Of a DNA stretch of 64,000 bases, positions 1 through 9,961 are shown piece after piece. The number at the start of each line of letters is the position of its first letter. Position 1 is the first letter of the stretch. The stretch is from a virus: the IMG/VR virus record IMGVR_UViG_3300024581_002845. One strand, written 5' to 3'. The position numbers and the translations under genes are program-made. The notes under the pieces were generated by a model. It saw only the letters and a program-made list of their open reading frames with translations. It did no database searches and was not told the DNA's origin.

Positions 1-224
1 ATGAAAAGAAGGTTATTGTTTTCTTTTTCCACGTCCAATCCCATGTAGTTAGGTAGTTTCGCAAATAAAGTCCTCTTAGATGGTTCCTTACTTAGTATTT
101 TAACCCTCATATTGATGGTAAAATCATTTCCACCCTCAAAAACGGAACCTATATCTCCTTTATTTATTCCATATGAGACCGTATCGGGCCACAATAACCA
201 TGGTTCTCCGTGTTCTATTGTCAT
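1..224 (-). CDS. Partial CDS (N-terminus MTIEHGEPWLLWPD...), runs off the window edge; possibly LamG-like
   Basis: ATG at 224-222 overlaps the TGA of the radical SAM gene (ATGA); frame stays open to position 1; not in the ORF track. Confidence 0.6.
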   Translation of the reverse strand, partial: MTIEHGEPWLLWPDTVSYGINKGDIGSVFEGGNDFTINMRVKILSKEPSKRTLFAKLPNYMGLDVEKENNNLLF

Positions 225-1603
225 ATCTTAATTTTATTAAAGAATTCTTCTAATTCGGGGAACGTCTTAATAAAATCAGTCCCTCTACGTCTATCATGTT
301 CAAGAACGAACCTTTTAAAGTTTTGTCTTTCGATGATTTTATCATCACCTGACTCAGAAATAGACCAATCATAAATTCTCTTTATTTTTTCGGTTTCAAC
401 TTCTGTCATACCCATGTGTTTATTATCAAAAACAGGAACACCTAAGTAAAGTGATAACTCAGCATTGGTTAGTATTAATTCCTTATGTTCATCGGTTAGT
501 AATTTAACCGATTGATGAGCTGGATATCTTAAATAAGAAGTATCTAATAATATCGGGTGTAACCAAAATCTATCTTCATTATGGTGGTCATATTTTAATT
601 GGTGGACATTCTTTATTAGTTTGTTATAAGTAAAGGGACTCATTAGGTTATAAGTGGACATAATGGTTACCGTAACTTTAGGTAATTCACTTAATACTTT
701 ATTAAGGTTATCCCAAAATTTATTAAACTCGAGTCCATTTCTTATATACTCCGCTTGTTCACCCCACGCATCCACTGAAGTGAATAGTATTACCTCTTTG
801 ACTCTATCCTCATCTATAATTCTCTTGAGTTTCTCAATCATTCTATCGATAAGTCCGTCAACCACACCTAAATTAGAATTAATTGCAAATTTTAATTCTT
901 TATTTGGGTTTGGGTGTTCTATTATGTAGTCCAACACTTTCCATGTGTCTTTAGATAGTAGAGGTTCTCCTCCTGTAATTCTAAATGTGTTTAAGTCTTC
1001 ATAGAGTTCGGGCCACCACTTCCAAAACGCCTCGACATAAGGATTGTATTCACTCTGTAGTATGGGTACACTACCTTCCGCAACCATAGTTTCATAACTA
1101 TTAAATGATGGTTGTGTTGGATATCCTCCGTGTTCTTTCGATTCCTGAAACCATTTAGATGAATATGCGGGTCCACAATAAGAACATTTGAAGTTACATG
1201 TGTTGGTAAATGATACCTCCACGTATCTCGGATTAAAATCTGACTTCCAATCCGAGTTAACGATTTCATCGAAGTGAGGTTTAGACCACGGTTCTGAGGA
1301 TTTATAGATACGATCAGAATACACATCTGAATTATCTTCAATGTTCCAACAGTATTCACACTCGGAAGGTCTACCTCCCGTTAACATTTCCTTTCTCTTA
1401 TACTTTTTGAAGATGGTGTTGTGTAATGCCTTAGGATTTTTCTCCACCTCCCTTACGGGAATTTTATGTACACTCGGGTGGTGACATGAGTGGTTAAAAC
1501 CTGTTTGTAAATGCATGGTGACTTGTGTCCATTTTGCAAGACACATCCCACACCCAACGGAATTTAATTTATTTTTAGTCTCTTCAAAATTAGTATTTGA
1601 CAT
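221..1603 (-). CDS. Radical SAM protein with N-terminal SPASM/twitch-like Cys cluster
   Basis: CxxxCxxC motif TCNFKCSYC; ITGGEPLL; INSN; SVDA; extra Cys motifs CGMCLAKW..HSCHH and ECEYCW. Confidence 0.9.
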   Translation of the reverse strand: MSNTNFEETKNKLNSVGCGMCLAKWTQVTMHLQTGFNHSCHHPSVHKIPVREVEKNPKALHNTIFKKYKRKEMLTGGRPSECEYCWNIEDNSDVYSDRIYKSSEPWSKPHFDEIVNSDWKSDFNPRYVEVSFTNTCNFKCSYCGPAYSSKWFQESKEHGGYPTQPSFNSYETMVAEGSVPILQSEYNPYVEAFWKWWPELYEDLNTFRITGGEPLLSKDTWKVLDYIIEHPNPNKELKFAINSNLGVVDGLIDRMIEKLKRIIDEDRVKEVILFTSVDAWGEQAEYIRNGLEFNKFWDNLNKVLSELPKVTVTIMSTYNLMSPFTYNKLIKNVHQLKYDHHNEDRFWLHPILLDTSYLRYPAHQSVKLLTDEHKELILTNAELSLYLGVPVFDNKHMGMTEVETEKIKRIYDWSISESGDDKIIERQNFKRFVLEHDRRRGTDFIKTFPELEEFFNKIKI

Positions 1604-3036
1604 TACAGTTTTACGTTTAACATTTCACAATCATCGTCAAACATAATAGTTTCCACTAATTCGTATTTGAGATTAGACATTCCGTCGTTTTTATAGTCGA
1701 TTTTCTTTTGTTGCATTTCCCTAACGAATCTCTTTTCGTTCTTTGCGGTAGTTTCTCCTTGATGCCACTTACCATTAACAAAACCTAAGTCCAAATGTGG
1801 TAAACAGTAAAACTTACCATCTCTTCTATATGGTAATATGTTTTCAACGATTTCGATGTCGGTATTTCTAATTTCTACATCATTTAAAGTACCAACAACA
1901 CCATTAACCTTATCTGTGATTTTACCATCACTAATATTTTCAAAGTCGAGATCCATAACTGCACCATCACTACCACCTTCAAAGACATGTGATATCTCTT
2001 CGGGTGAGAAGAATCTATTATATACCTTACACTCGGCAATTTCACCTTTGAGTCTTGTGTTTGCTTGTGGGTCGAAACCTAAATAAAATGGATTTCTTAG
2101 ATCATATCTTAATAATCTATTATCAAAATCTAATGGTCTTTCTTCCTTTTTATTCCTAACATTGGTAGCCAACTCATCATTTACGTAACAATACATTTTC
2201 TTATTCTCCGCATCAACAGATATGGTGAGTCTTGTCCACATGTTCTCAAACCTCTTTATCCAATTATAAATCGGTGCCCTTGTCATATCAAATAATTGAA
2301 AGGTCATTGCTCTCGAGTTGTTGAATGATATTCCATAGTTGAATCCCCCACTTTTTCTAAAGATTGGGTACTCGATGAACTGTCTATCCTCATCACCCAC
2401 TAACCATATTGGAACCTTATCCTCTTGTTGTTGGGTTTTGACTAATAAGGTTATCGTATGATTCCTATTTAAGTACTCCACAACCCTCCTATTCGATGGA
2501 ATTTCAACATGAGAAGTATCTCCATTAAAGTATAACGAAGGTCTATTAGTTTTACTGTCAATTACTTTACCGGTGGTATACCCCTCATAGTAAGCCCTCC
2601 AAAACAGGTCGTCATCCTCCATACCCCAATCCCAATAATCGTTAGAATATCCGTTAGTTCTTTCAACCTGTTCCTTATTGAAAAGGATGACACCACCGAA
2701 GTATTGATCATAACTCATATCATATCCGTACTTTGATAGTTGAGTGGCGATATGTATTGGGGTCTCTTCAGGATACGAATAATCACAAGTCTCATCATAG
2801 GGTAACATATCAACATCATGCCAAGCAATGTAATCACATCCATCCTCGAACGCTCTTTTTGCTGCAATATTTTTCATTGCACCCCTATTAAATAACTTAT
2901 CATCGACTTGGTGAGCAACATAAAATTTATGATCTATACCCTGTCTATTTAAGTGTTTTCTTAAGTGGGGTACCAATTTCTTTAAGTGTTCCTCCCTATC
3001 TCTATATGGTATACAAATACCTAATTTGTGACTCAT
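1603..3036 (-). CDS. GT7 (beta-1,4-galactosyltransferase-like) glycosyltransferase with inserted LamG/ConA domain
   Basis: IPYRDR, FNRG, HDVD, YFGGV, WDWGMEDDD; LamG-like insert (SLYFNG..IAECKVYNR); GT7 C-terminal segment resumes at RRDGKFYCLPH..DGMSNLKY. Confidence 0.85.
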   Translation of the reverse strand: MSHKLGICIPYRDREEHLKKLVPHLRKHLNRQGIDHKFYVAHQVDDKLFNRGAMKNIAAKRAFEDGCDYIAWHDVDMLPYDETCDYSYPEETPIHIATQLSKYGYDMSYDQYFGGVILFNKEQVERTNGYSNDYWDWGMEDDDLFWRAYYEGYTTGKVIDSKTNRPSLYFNGDTSHVEIPSNRRVVEYLNRNHTITLLVKTQQQEDKVPIWLVGDEDRQFIEYPIFRKSGGFNYGISFNNSRAMTFQLFDMTRAPIYNWIKRFENMWTRLTISVDAENKKMYCYVNDELATNVRNKKEERPLDFDNRLLRYDLRNPFYLGFDPQANTRLKGEIAECKVYNRFFSPEEISHVFEGGSDGAVMDLDFENISDGKITDKVNGVVGTLNDVEIRNTDIEIVENILPYRRDGKFYCLPHLDLGFVNGKWHQGETTAKNEKRFVREMQQKKIDYKNDGMSNLKYELVETIMFDDDCEMLNVKL

Positions 3037-4286
3037 ATTTGAACTGTTAATTTTCTATAACCCTTAAGGTTCTTATCTTTTATTAATTCATATTCTAAAC
3101 TATTCAAACCCTCATTAGTAAAATCGTTTAATCCTTGTTTTACTATGTTGTTATAATAGATTTGATTACTTCTCGTTTCCTTATGTATCCAATTCTTTTC
3201 TACTGATGCATTATTGTCATGGTATAACTCCCTAAAAATCCCATGCCTTCTTATTGGTTTAGGTATCGATGTCGAATGGTTAATTTCTCGATCGGTTACT
3301 TGTGACTTATACATCGTTAGATCTGTTGTTGAACATTTAAGACCATTCAACTTTAGGGTTATTAAGTTCATATCAAACTCAACTCTTTCCTTATCTGAAA
3401 TAGATCCCACATACATAAACTTATTTTGTAAATCTAATATATCGTTATCCATTGTAACCTCACCAACAAACACGTCATTCATAAACATAGAAAGGTTTCT
3501 ATCTTTTTTAATGATTCTAAATGATGATGTGACATCATCTAAAACATCAGTGGTGATTGAATAGGGTTTCTTATCCTTATCGAAGACCTGAAAAAAGAAT
3601 CGGTTGAATGAGTTATAGAATAGACCTATATTATAACCCGGTATACAAATTAATGGGTACTCATCATATTCTTTATTTTCGTTAAAGTACCTTGAATTAA
3701 CTTTAATTGTTGTATCAATATTGAAATCGTTGGTTAAGAAGTCTTCTTCTATCTCAACTCTGCAGTACCCATCCTCGATAATCTCGACAGAATACTTACT
3801 GTAATTGTCCACACCAACTTTCTCGGTGTCGAAGAATAAACCACCATGAGTAACTCTATGGAATAAGTCGTCATCTTCGAATCCCCATCCCCAATAGTTA
3901 TTTGAATATCCGTTGATACCAATGAAGTCCTCGGTGTTAAAGATGGTTACACCGCCGAAATATCTAAACAATATATCACCCTCTTTATTCTCAACTTTAG
4001 AAACTAATGATGTTGGGTATTTTGGATAACTGTAGTCCACATCGATAGGTAATAAATCAACATCATGAAAGCATAAGTAATCGAACCCTTCATCAATTGC
4101 AATTTTAGATCCAATATTTAGAAGTTTACCTCTATTAAAAGGTCCGTTATCCGACTGTTCCACCACGAATATTTGATATTCCTCTATCCCATTTTGGGGT
4201 AGGAAATCACTCATATACTTAATGAACGTTCTAAGATGGTTGGGTCTATCCCTATACGGTACTATTATCGCCAGATTCTTCTTCAT
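3033..4286 (-). CDS. GT7 glycosyltransferase with inserted LamG-like domain (paralog 2)
   Basis: ATG at 4286 (MKKNLAIIVPYRDR) preferred over the track start; FNRGKLLN, HDVD, WGWGFEDDD; C-terminal RRHGIFRELYH..EGLNSLEY. Confidence 0.85.
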   Translation of the reverse strand: MKKNLAIIVPYRDRPNHLRTFIKYMSDFLPQNGIEEYQIFVVEQSDNGPFNRGKLLNIGSKIAIDEGFDYLCFHDVDLLPIDVDYSYPKYPTSLVSKVENKEGDILFRYFGGVTIFNTEDFIGINGYSNNYWGWGFEDDDLFHRVTHGGLFFDTEKVGVDNYSKYSVEIIEDGYCRVEIEEDFLTNDFNIDTTIKVNSRYFNENKEYDEYPLICIPGYNIGLFYNSFNRFFFQVFDKDKKPYSITTDVLDDVTSSFRIIKKDRNLSMFMNDVFVGEVTMDNDILDLQNKFMYVGSISDKERVEFDMNLITLKLNGLKCSTTDLTMYKSQVTDREINHSTSIPKPIRRHGIFRELYHDNNASVEKNWIHKETRSNQIYYNNIVKQGLNDFTNEGLNSLEYELIKDKNLKGYRKLTVQI

Positions 4287-4491
4287 ATTCTCGTTTTGGT
4301 CTATTTGTCCCACCAATAGTCTTGGCTTTGCTTAATTCATAAAACTCATTTAGGTACCATTCAAGTCTTTGGGACCATGATGCGGTATCTAATTCGTAAA
4401 CAAAATTGTTTATTCCTTCTAATGAATCCGCAATTCTTTCGAGAGCTTCTACACCCCTCTTATTTAAATTCTCTTTATCAGATGTCGCCAT
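4252..4491 (-). CDS. Hypothetical protein, 79 aa
   Basis: Fills the gap in the operon and overlaps both neighbours. Confidence 0.6.
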   Translation of the reverse strand: MATSDKENLNKRGVEALERIADSLEGINNFVYELDTASWSQRLEWYLNEFYELSKAKTIGGTNRPKREYEEESGDNSTV

Positions 4492-5203
4492 ATTTTAGTC
4501 TTTTATTTAATATTAAATTATTTTTGATGGTCTCGAATACCTTCTCTTCGGGACTATCCAATTCCACTTTCCATTCAGAATCTTCTATGTGATTTTCTAT
4601 TTCAGAAAGTCTATGGTCAATAACCTCCACCTTCTTATATAAGTCGTCATTTTCCGCACTTATGGTAGAAGTGTTTTTATGTATGTCTTCGATATCGGAT
4701 TCTAAAGACTTAATCTCAAAATATTCCCCATCGACAATACCATTTCGTTCGGTTTCCAATTTTTTAATTTGGTCGTATTCCTCCTGTACTTTCCTTTGTA
4801 GTTCCTCCTCTATGGATTTTATATTTTCATAATGTTTTTCAATGGAAGAATTTAAGGTGTCCTCAGTTTCTTTTATAGTGTCGTAATGTTCCCTTACCTG
4901 ATCCCACTTTTCATTTACAATATTCGGTGACTCTTCTAACCTCTTGACGTTCTTATTAATTTCATCGAATAAGACCTTTTTTTCTTCTTGTAATTTCAAT
5001 TTTACGGACTTACTCTCGTCCGTTTTAAAAACAAAATCGTAGATGTTAGATTCATTAAGATTAGATTCGAGATACAATAAAAAGAGTGACACCACAACAG
5101 ACCAATCATCAGATTCATATCTGATATTTTCTAAGGTGTCCGCAAACCCCTCCAATTTATTAACTACGGGTTCCGTAAACTCTATGTAACTATCTTGTAC
5201 CAT
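4478..5203 (-). CDS. Coiled-coil hypothetical protein
   Basis: E/K-rich heptad character; operonic position. Confidence 0.65.
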   Translation of the reverse strand: MVQDSYIEFTEPVVNKLEGFADTLENIRYESDDWSVVVSLFLLYLESNLNESNIYDFVFKTDESKSVKLKLQEEKKVLFDEINKNVKRLEESPNIVNEKWDQVREHYDTIKETEDTLNSSIEKHYENIKSIEEELQRKVQEEYDQIKKLETERNGIVDGEYFEIKSLESDIEDIHKNTSTISAENDDLYKKVEVIDHRLSEIENHIEDSEWKVELDSPEEKVFETIKNNLILNKRLKYGDI

Positions 5204-6549
5204 TCTGTGTTATCATCATATGTTGTTTTATTCAGGACTTTGTAATTAATTGAGTTCAACCCATATTTCTTACTATCTATTTTACCTTCTAATAAATCCA
5301 TATAGGTTAGTTTGTTTTCAATTATGTCAGGATCATAGGTATCGATTAATTCTTCGAATTTTAATCCTTCGATATCAAACTGACCTTCCTTCCTGTTCGG
5401 AGTGTATATTTCTGTGGGATCCTTAAAATGAAATTTCGTTTTAATATCAATCATTCCACCAATCTGCCATACCGATGCGGTCATATCTAATAATACGGAA
5501 TTTTCCTTAAAAAGACAAGGTTTTCTAAGATCTAACCAATCCGCATCTATACCATAATAGTATTCTTTACTGATCTCAAAATCATTTAATTTTCTCTTAA
5601 ATAATTTAAAATCATATAGGTTAATAAAGTTGTGGTTGTCAACATCGCCTATCAACAATGTCGCAGACCTAACCCTTAACTCGCCATGATAGGTAATCTC
5701 TTCACTTAGGTTTGAATTGACGTATATATAAACAGACTTATTCTCACTATCATGTGTCACCACAAAATGATTTAATACTGATAAATCAAGATCTTTAATT
5801 TCGATTTGGAACATATTCATATCGGTATTGAACATTTGAACAATCACCTGATTGTCGTTAGAGAATACTTGAAAATCCCAACCATTATGTGTCCTAAAGA
5901 AGGTGTTCTTATTTATGGGGATTTCATCTTCCCTGTAAAAAAATGAAATAGTAAAATCATCCAATAGATCATTCGACGGTTTAGTCATAAAAATAGATTT
6001 AGGTTGTAATGAAATCAACGAACCATATCTACTTATCTTCCTATCTTTAAAATCTGTTTTGAATATTTCATTATTAGAGTATCCATACTTTTTGTTCATT
6101 TTAACCTTGGATGTTGCACACCTGTGTAGGAGATCTAAATCAATATATCCTTTACCCCAATAATCATTTGAAAATCCATTAATTTCGTCAAATACGTCTT
6201 TTGGAAATATCACAACACCACCAAAGAACTGTTCGTAGGGTAAGTCAGTACCATCACCTTCTCTATATCCAAATATTTGAGTGGGGGTGTCCACATAATA
6301 GTATTCGGAACTATCGTTCTTAGGTAGTAGATCAACATCGTGGAAACAGAAATAATCGAAGTTGTCTTTAATTTCATTTACAACCGCGTTACATAATTTA
6401 CCGTAATTGAAGGGTCTATCGTCAGATTGCTCCGCAACAAATATTTTATAGTCTATTTGTTTATTAGATAAAAACTCCACCATATGTGGTAGGAATACGT
6501 CTAACTCGTCTCTTCGGTCTCGATATGGTACTATTAATGCTAATCTCAT
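5182..6549 (-). CDS. GT7 glycosyltransferase with inserted LamG domain, degenerate catalytic motif (paralog 3)
   Basis: IVPYRDR, FNYGKL, HDVD, FFGGV; WGKGYIDLD replaces WGxGxEDDD; LamG insert FTISFF..HFVVTHD..YVNS. Confidence 0.8.
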   Translation of the reverse strand: MRLALIVPYRDRRDELDVFLPHMVEFLSNKQIDYKIFVAEQSDDRPFNYGKLCNAVVNEIKDNFDYFCFHDVDLLPKNDSSEYYYVDTPTQIFGYREGDGTDLPYEQFFGGVVIFPKDVFDEINGFSNDYWGKGYIDLDLLHRCATSKVKMNKKYGYSNNEIFKTDFKDRKISRYGSLISLQPKSIFMTKPSNDLLDDFTISFFYREDEIPINKNTFFRTHNGWDFQVFSNDNQVIVQMFNTDMNMFQIEIKDLDLSVLNHFVVTHDSENKSVYIYVNSNLSEEITYHGELRVRSATLLIGDVDNHNFINLYDFKLFKRKLNDFEISKEYYYGIDADWLDLRKPCLFKENSVLLDMTASVWQIGGMIDIKTKFHFKDPTEIYTPNRKEGQFDIEGLKFEELIDTYDPDIIENKLTYMDLLEGKIDSKKYGLNSINYKVLNKTTYDDNTEWYKIVT

Positions 6550-7400
6550 ATACTCACAATCTTTCTGATTAGTTTATCCCAATGTCTGTACGAACTAAAA
6601 TTAGGTTTATTAGATTTTAAAAACATAAAATCCCTATCTCTTAAATTCACTTTAAAATTTGTGGATTTAAGTTCGTTATACATTGTCATGTATTCTTTTG
6701 AGAATGCATAAGGTTGGTTTAACTCACCAACACTTTTCAATCTTTCCTTTACTGTTTTATCCCACTTAAAATGGTGTACCTGTACTGAGTAGTCTTGGAA
6801 TGGAGCTATGATTGGATGGTTCCATCCCTGCCATCTCCATGTGGTATGTCCATCGATAATTGCATAGTGTTGACCATTGGTTAATTCCACATCACCTCTC
6901 ATCACACAAACTTTGTTAGGACAAGCATTACTGAGTGGGTATCTGAAAAATCCCGCATAAGGGAATTGTTCAAATAGAGAAATATCTTTTTGTATTTCAG
7001 GAAACTCACCATTCTCCCCCACTCGGTCAATGAAACCACCTCTCACCATAGTCCAAAGGTTATCTTCACATTCATCAATGATTTTGGATAGGTCATTATT
7101 GGGGTATAGGTGGAATTCATCAATATCGGCAACTACCCACCAATCCTTTTTATTCTTAGATTTTATCATGTTGTATAATATGGTTACTTTCTCCCAATCA
7201 TACACTCTATCCCTCACAACCTTTACAATTTTTGCATTGTCGTATTGATTTATAATTGATTTAGATCTATTAAGAATCCTCGGGGACATCTCAGATTCGT
7301 ATATCACAAATTGTATCTCATCAACGAACTTGGAATAATGTTCGATGAAGTGGGGTAACAATTCATAACCATGACCTAAGACACAAATTAACCTTATCAT
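6546..7400 (-). CDS. GT-A fold glycosyltransferase (GT2-like/Glyco_tranf_2_4-like)
   Basis: LLPHFIEHY, WWVVADIDEF, HHFKW motifs. Confidence 0.7.
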   Translation of the reverse strand: MIRLICVLGHGYELLPHFIEHYSKFVDEIQFVIYESEMSPRILNRSKSIINQYDNAKIVKVVRDRVYDWEKVTILYNMIKSKNKKDWWVVADIDEFHLYPNNDLSKIIDECEDNLWTMVRGGFIDRVGENGEFPEIQKDISLFEQFPYAGFFRYPLSNACPNKVCVMRGDVELTNGQHYAIIDGHTTWRWQGWNHPIIAPFQDYSVQVHHFKWDKTVKERLKSVGELNQPYAFSKEYMTMYNELKSTNFKVNLRDRDFMFLKSNKPNFSSYRHWDKLIRKIVSI

Positions 7401-8467
7401 ATAATACCCGATTTAAATTTTCTATTTAGTTTATTCACTATCTCCTCAGCACCGTAATATTTTATACCCTTCTTTTTGATCATCTCAAGTACTTCCCTTG
7501 ATTCCTTCATCGGAGAACCTAAGTGAGTATACCCACCAAACGCGAAATCAACCAACTGTTCGATATTATAAGAATAATCCGCATGTAAAAACCTTTTAAT
7601 TTTTTTGCCGTGACATGTTATAACTTGTGATTTACCTTCCATAGATAAAGTAACAGGTACCTCACTACTCATAGGGACAATAGATGAATCAAAAAGGTTA
7701 TTCTCATTCATATCTTGTATCCTCAGATTTATATCATTGTCTTTGTCTAAAAGTTTTATTACGGGGAAATAAAGTAGTTGTTCTAAAATACAGGCATTGT
7801 AATGGTAGTTTTTATCCCATATCTCTCTCTTATCCTCGTAGAGATTTAAAATATAAGTCGCTGCTTTTGATATGATTTCATGGTCGTATCCACCAAATAC
7901 ATTGAAGTTGGGTGTAAAATCAATTAAGACCCTCTCTTGTAATTCTTGAGGTAACAGATCAGGATATCTATAAAGAGTGTCAAAGTAAGTGTGGAACCAA
8001 CCTAAGATATTCTGATCCCATTTGACATTAATCAAATCATCTAAACGGGGTCTATCTCTTTGAATCAATACTTGGATTTGTTCAGACATCTCCTTAAATA
8101 GATTTATGAAATTAAAATCAGGATGGGAATAAATTATCCTATGGTGTTCCTCAAAGGGTCTTCTCTCAAAAAAGAAGGTATCGTAGTCAATGTGTAAAAA
8201 GGGTTCTTTCTGATCTTCGAAAACTTTGATTTTAGGTATTGAAAATACGTCACCAAAATCATAGTTCTCAAATAATTCGGTATTAATTGTGTCATAAGGT
8301 ATACCAATCTCCTTAACAATCTCAGCACTCTCCTCATCACAGTATAGGTGTATATTACCCCAATGTTTTTTAGCACATAATGCGGATATTGACATGTACG
8401 TTAATACGAATTCGTCATTTAAATTCTTTCCCTTCTCTAATTTTTTAAACGAATGGATTATTTTCAT
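7397..8467 (-). CDS. DUF6734-like nucleotide-sugar transferase-type protein
   Basis: IHLYCD..FSIPKIKVF..PFLHIDYD (DxD) pattern. Confidence 0.55.
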   Translation of the reverse strand: MKIIHSFKKLEKGKNLNDEFVLTYMSISALCAKKHWGNIHLYCDEESAEIVKEIGIPYDTINTELFENYDFGDVFSIPKIKVFEDQKEPFLHIDYDTFFFERRPFEEHHRIIYSHPDFNFINLFKEMSEQIQVLIQRDRPRLDDLINVKWDQNILGWFHTYFDTLYRYPDLLPQELQERVLIDFTPNFNVFGGYDHEIISKAATYILNLYEDKREIWDKNYHYNACILEQLLYFPVIKLLDKDNDINLRIQDMNENNLFDSSIVPMSSEVPVTLSMEGKSQVITCHGKKIKRFLHADYSYNIEQLVDFAFGGYTHLGSPMKESREVLEMIKKKGIKYYGAEEIVNKLNRKFKSGII

Positions 8468-9189
8468 CTTTTCTTCACTAATGTTAATCCTGTTGATGAT
8501 GGTTTATCCTTAAGATTCCCAAAATTGAATAGGTTCATAACTGTCCAATCTTTATTCTCTTCTAATTCACTTATTAATTTAGATGGACCATCGAAGGGGA
8601 AGAAATCCTTTTTTGCATCTTCAGATGTAATTAAAGTTTCGGAATATGAAGAGTCAGTATCATGTATTAAAACGAGACCGTTTGGATTCAGTCTTTTCGT
8701 ATACAGATCAAAGTCTTTCTTCACACCTTCGTATGAATGGTCACCATCTATGAATAGTAGGTCAATCATAATATCTTCTCTAACGAAGAAATCATAATAC
8801 GCCCTTTCTGATGTTTCTTTTATAAATCGAGGATAGAAGGTTTTTTGGTAGAACCCATCCATGTCACAAACATTACTCTCCCCACCAATACCATTACATG
8901 GGTCAACAAGAAATGTTGTTCCTATATCTCCCCACGAATAGGTGTCGTTACCTTCAAATATTCCCTGTTTGTGTAAGTCTATTCTCGCTTGTGTCATTAT
9001 TCTTGGGATGTACCCACCCCCTGTACCAATACAAACACAATTTTTATATCTCATGTGTTGTATTAGTGAATAAACGATAATCCCATCACCCATGTGAGAT
9101 GATGTTGCACCATGAGTCCACAGAAACGGTAATTTATCACCATCATCTGTAGTTATATATTTCTGTATATATTCTTGGTTCGTTATCAC
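8464..9189 (-). CDS. Class I SAM-dependent methyltransferase (Methyltransf_24-like)
   Basis: CIGTGGGY motif I; IDLLFIDGDHSYEGVKKDF..GLVLIHDT. Confidence 0.85.
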   Translation of the reverse strand: MITNQEYIQKYITTDDGDKLPFLWTHGATSSHMGDGIIVYSLIQHMRYKNCVCIGTGGGYIPRIMTQARIDLHKQGIFEGNDTYSWGDIGTTFLVDPCNGIGGESNVCDMDGFYQKTFYPRFIKETSERAYYDFFVREDIMIDLLFIDGDHSYEGVKKDFDLYTKRLNPNGLVLIHDTDSSYSETLITSEDAKKDFFPFDGPSKLISELEENKDWTVMNLFNFGNLKDKPSSTGLTLVKKR

Positions 9190-9923
9190 TTCAAATAATT
9201 AGGTATTTCCTTTGTTGGTGTGTGTCTTGTAATTGGTTTAAGTGTTTGTTGTGTGATTGTCAATAATCTCCTATCTAAACTAATGGGGATACCATTTTTT
9301 AAACAAGAAACAGAGACAGATACACCTTCACCCGCACCTGAAACATCTTTATTTAACCTTACATCACAGAATTCCTTAACCACTTGTAGTTTTTCGTAAT
9401 CAGAGAAGAAGTTTTCTTTTTGGAAACCTTTCTTATTAAATACGATGAAGTACTCCCATATAGTTTCAACATTATCCACTTCGGGGTAGATAGATAAAAC
9501 GTAATTTTTGTACTCCAACCACTCTTTATCTACCATTGGTATGTCACCAACAGTTTTGAATTTTGCGGTATGGTTCCATAATGTATCAACATAGGAAACA
9601 CCCTCTTTAAAGTCATATTTTGATAACCTATCTAAGAGAGAATAATCGGATATATGTAAATCAGCGTCAAGTAATATTGCAATGTCATGGTTCTCATGAA
9701 TATTTTTAACAAGACTTACTTTATCGTAGAATGATTTGTAGTTTCTTTTATAAGGGATGAGTTCAATACCCGTACCCCAAAATTTCTTTAGAAAATATTC
9801 GGTATTATCTGTTAAAACATAACATTTATACCCCTTTTCTAAGATATTCTTTAATTTTTCTTCAGTCCCTTTAAAATAAAAGTCTTTACCGAAGCACATA
9901 ATTCCGAAACCTATGTTCTCCAT
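9186..9923 (-). CDS. Putative GT-A glycosyltransferase-like protein, first gene of the glycan operon
   Basis: YVLTDN, FYDKV, ILLDAD (DxD). Confidence 0.5.
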   Translation of the reverse strand: MENIGFGIMCFGKDFYFKGTEEKLKNILEKGYKCYVLTDNTEYFLKKFWGTGIELIPYKRNYKSFYDKVSLVKNIHENHDIAILLDADLHISDYSLLDRLSKYDFKEGVSYVDTLWNHTAKFKTVGDIPMVDKEWLEYKNYVLSIYPEVDNVETIWEYFIVFNKKGFQKENFFSDYEKLQVVKEFCDVRLNKDVSGAGEGVSVSVSCLKNGIPISLDRRLLTITQQTLKPITRHTPTKEIPNYLK

Positions 9924-9930
9924 AGGTAAT

Positions 9931-9959
9931 AATATAAAGAAAATATACTAAAAAGACAA
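9931..9959 (-). promoter_or_regulatory. Class I promoter TTGTCT-N17-TATATT
   Basis: Exact 17-nt spacer, 7 nt upstream of the ATG at 9923. Confidence 0.65.
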
Positions 9960-9961
9960 GT

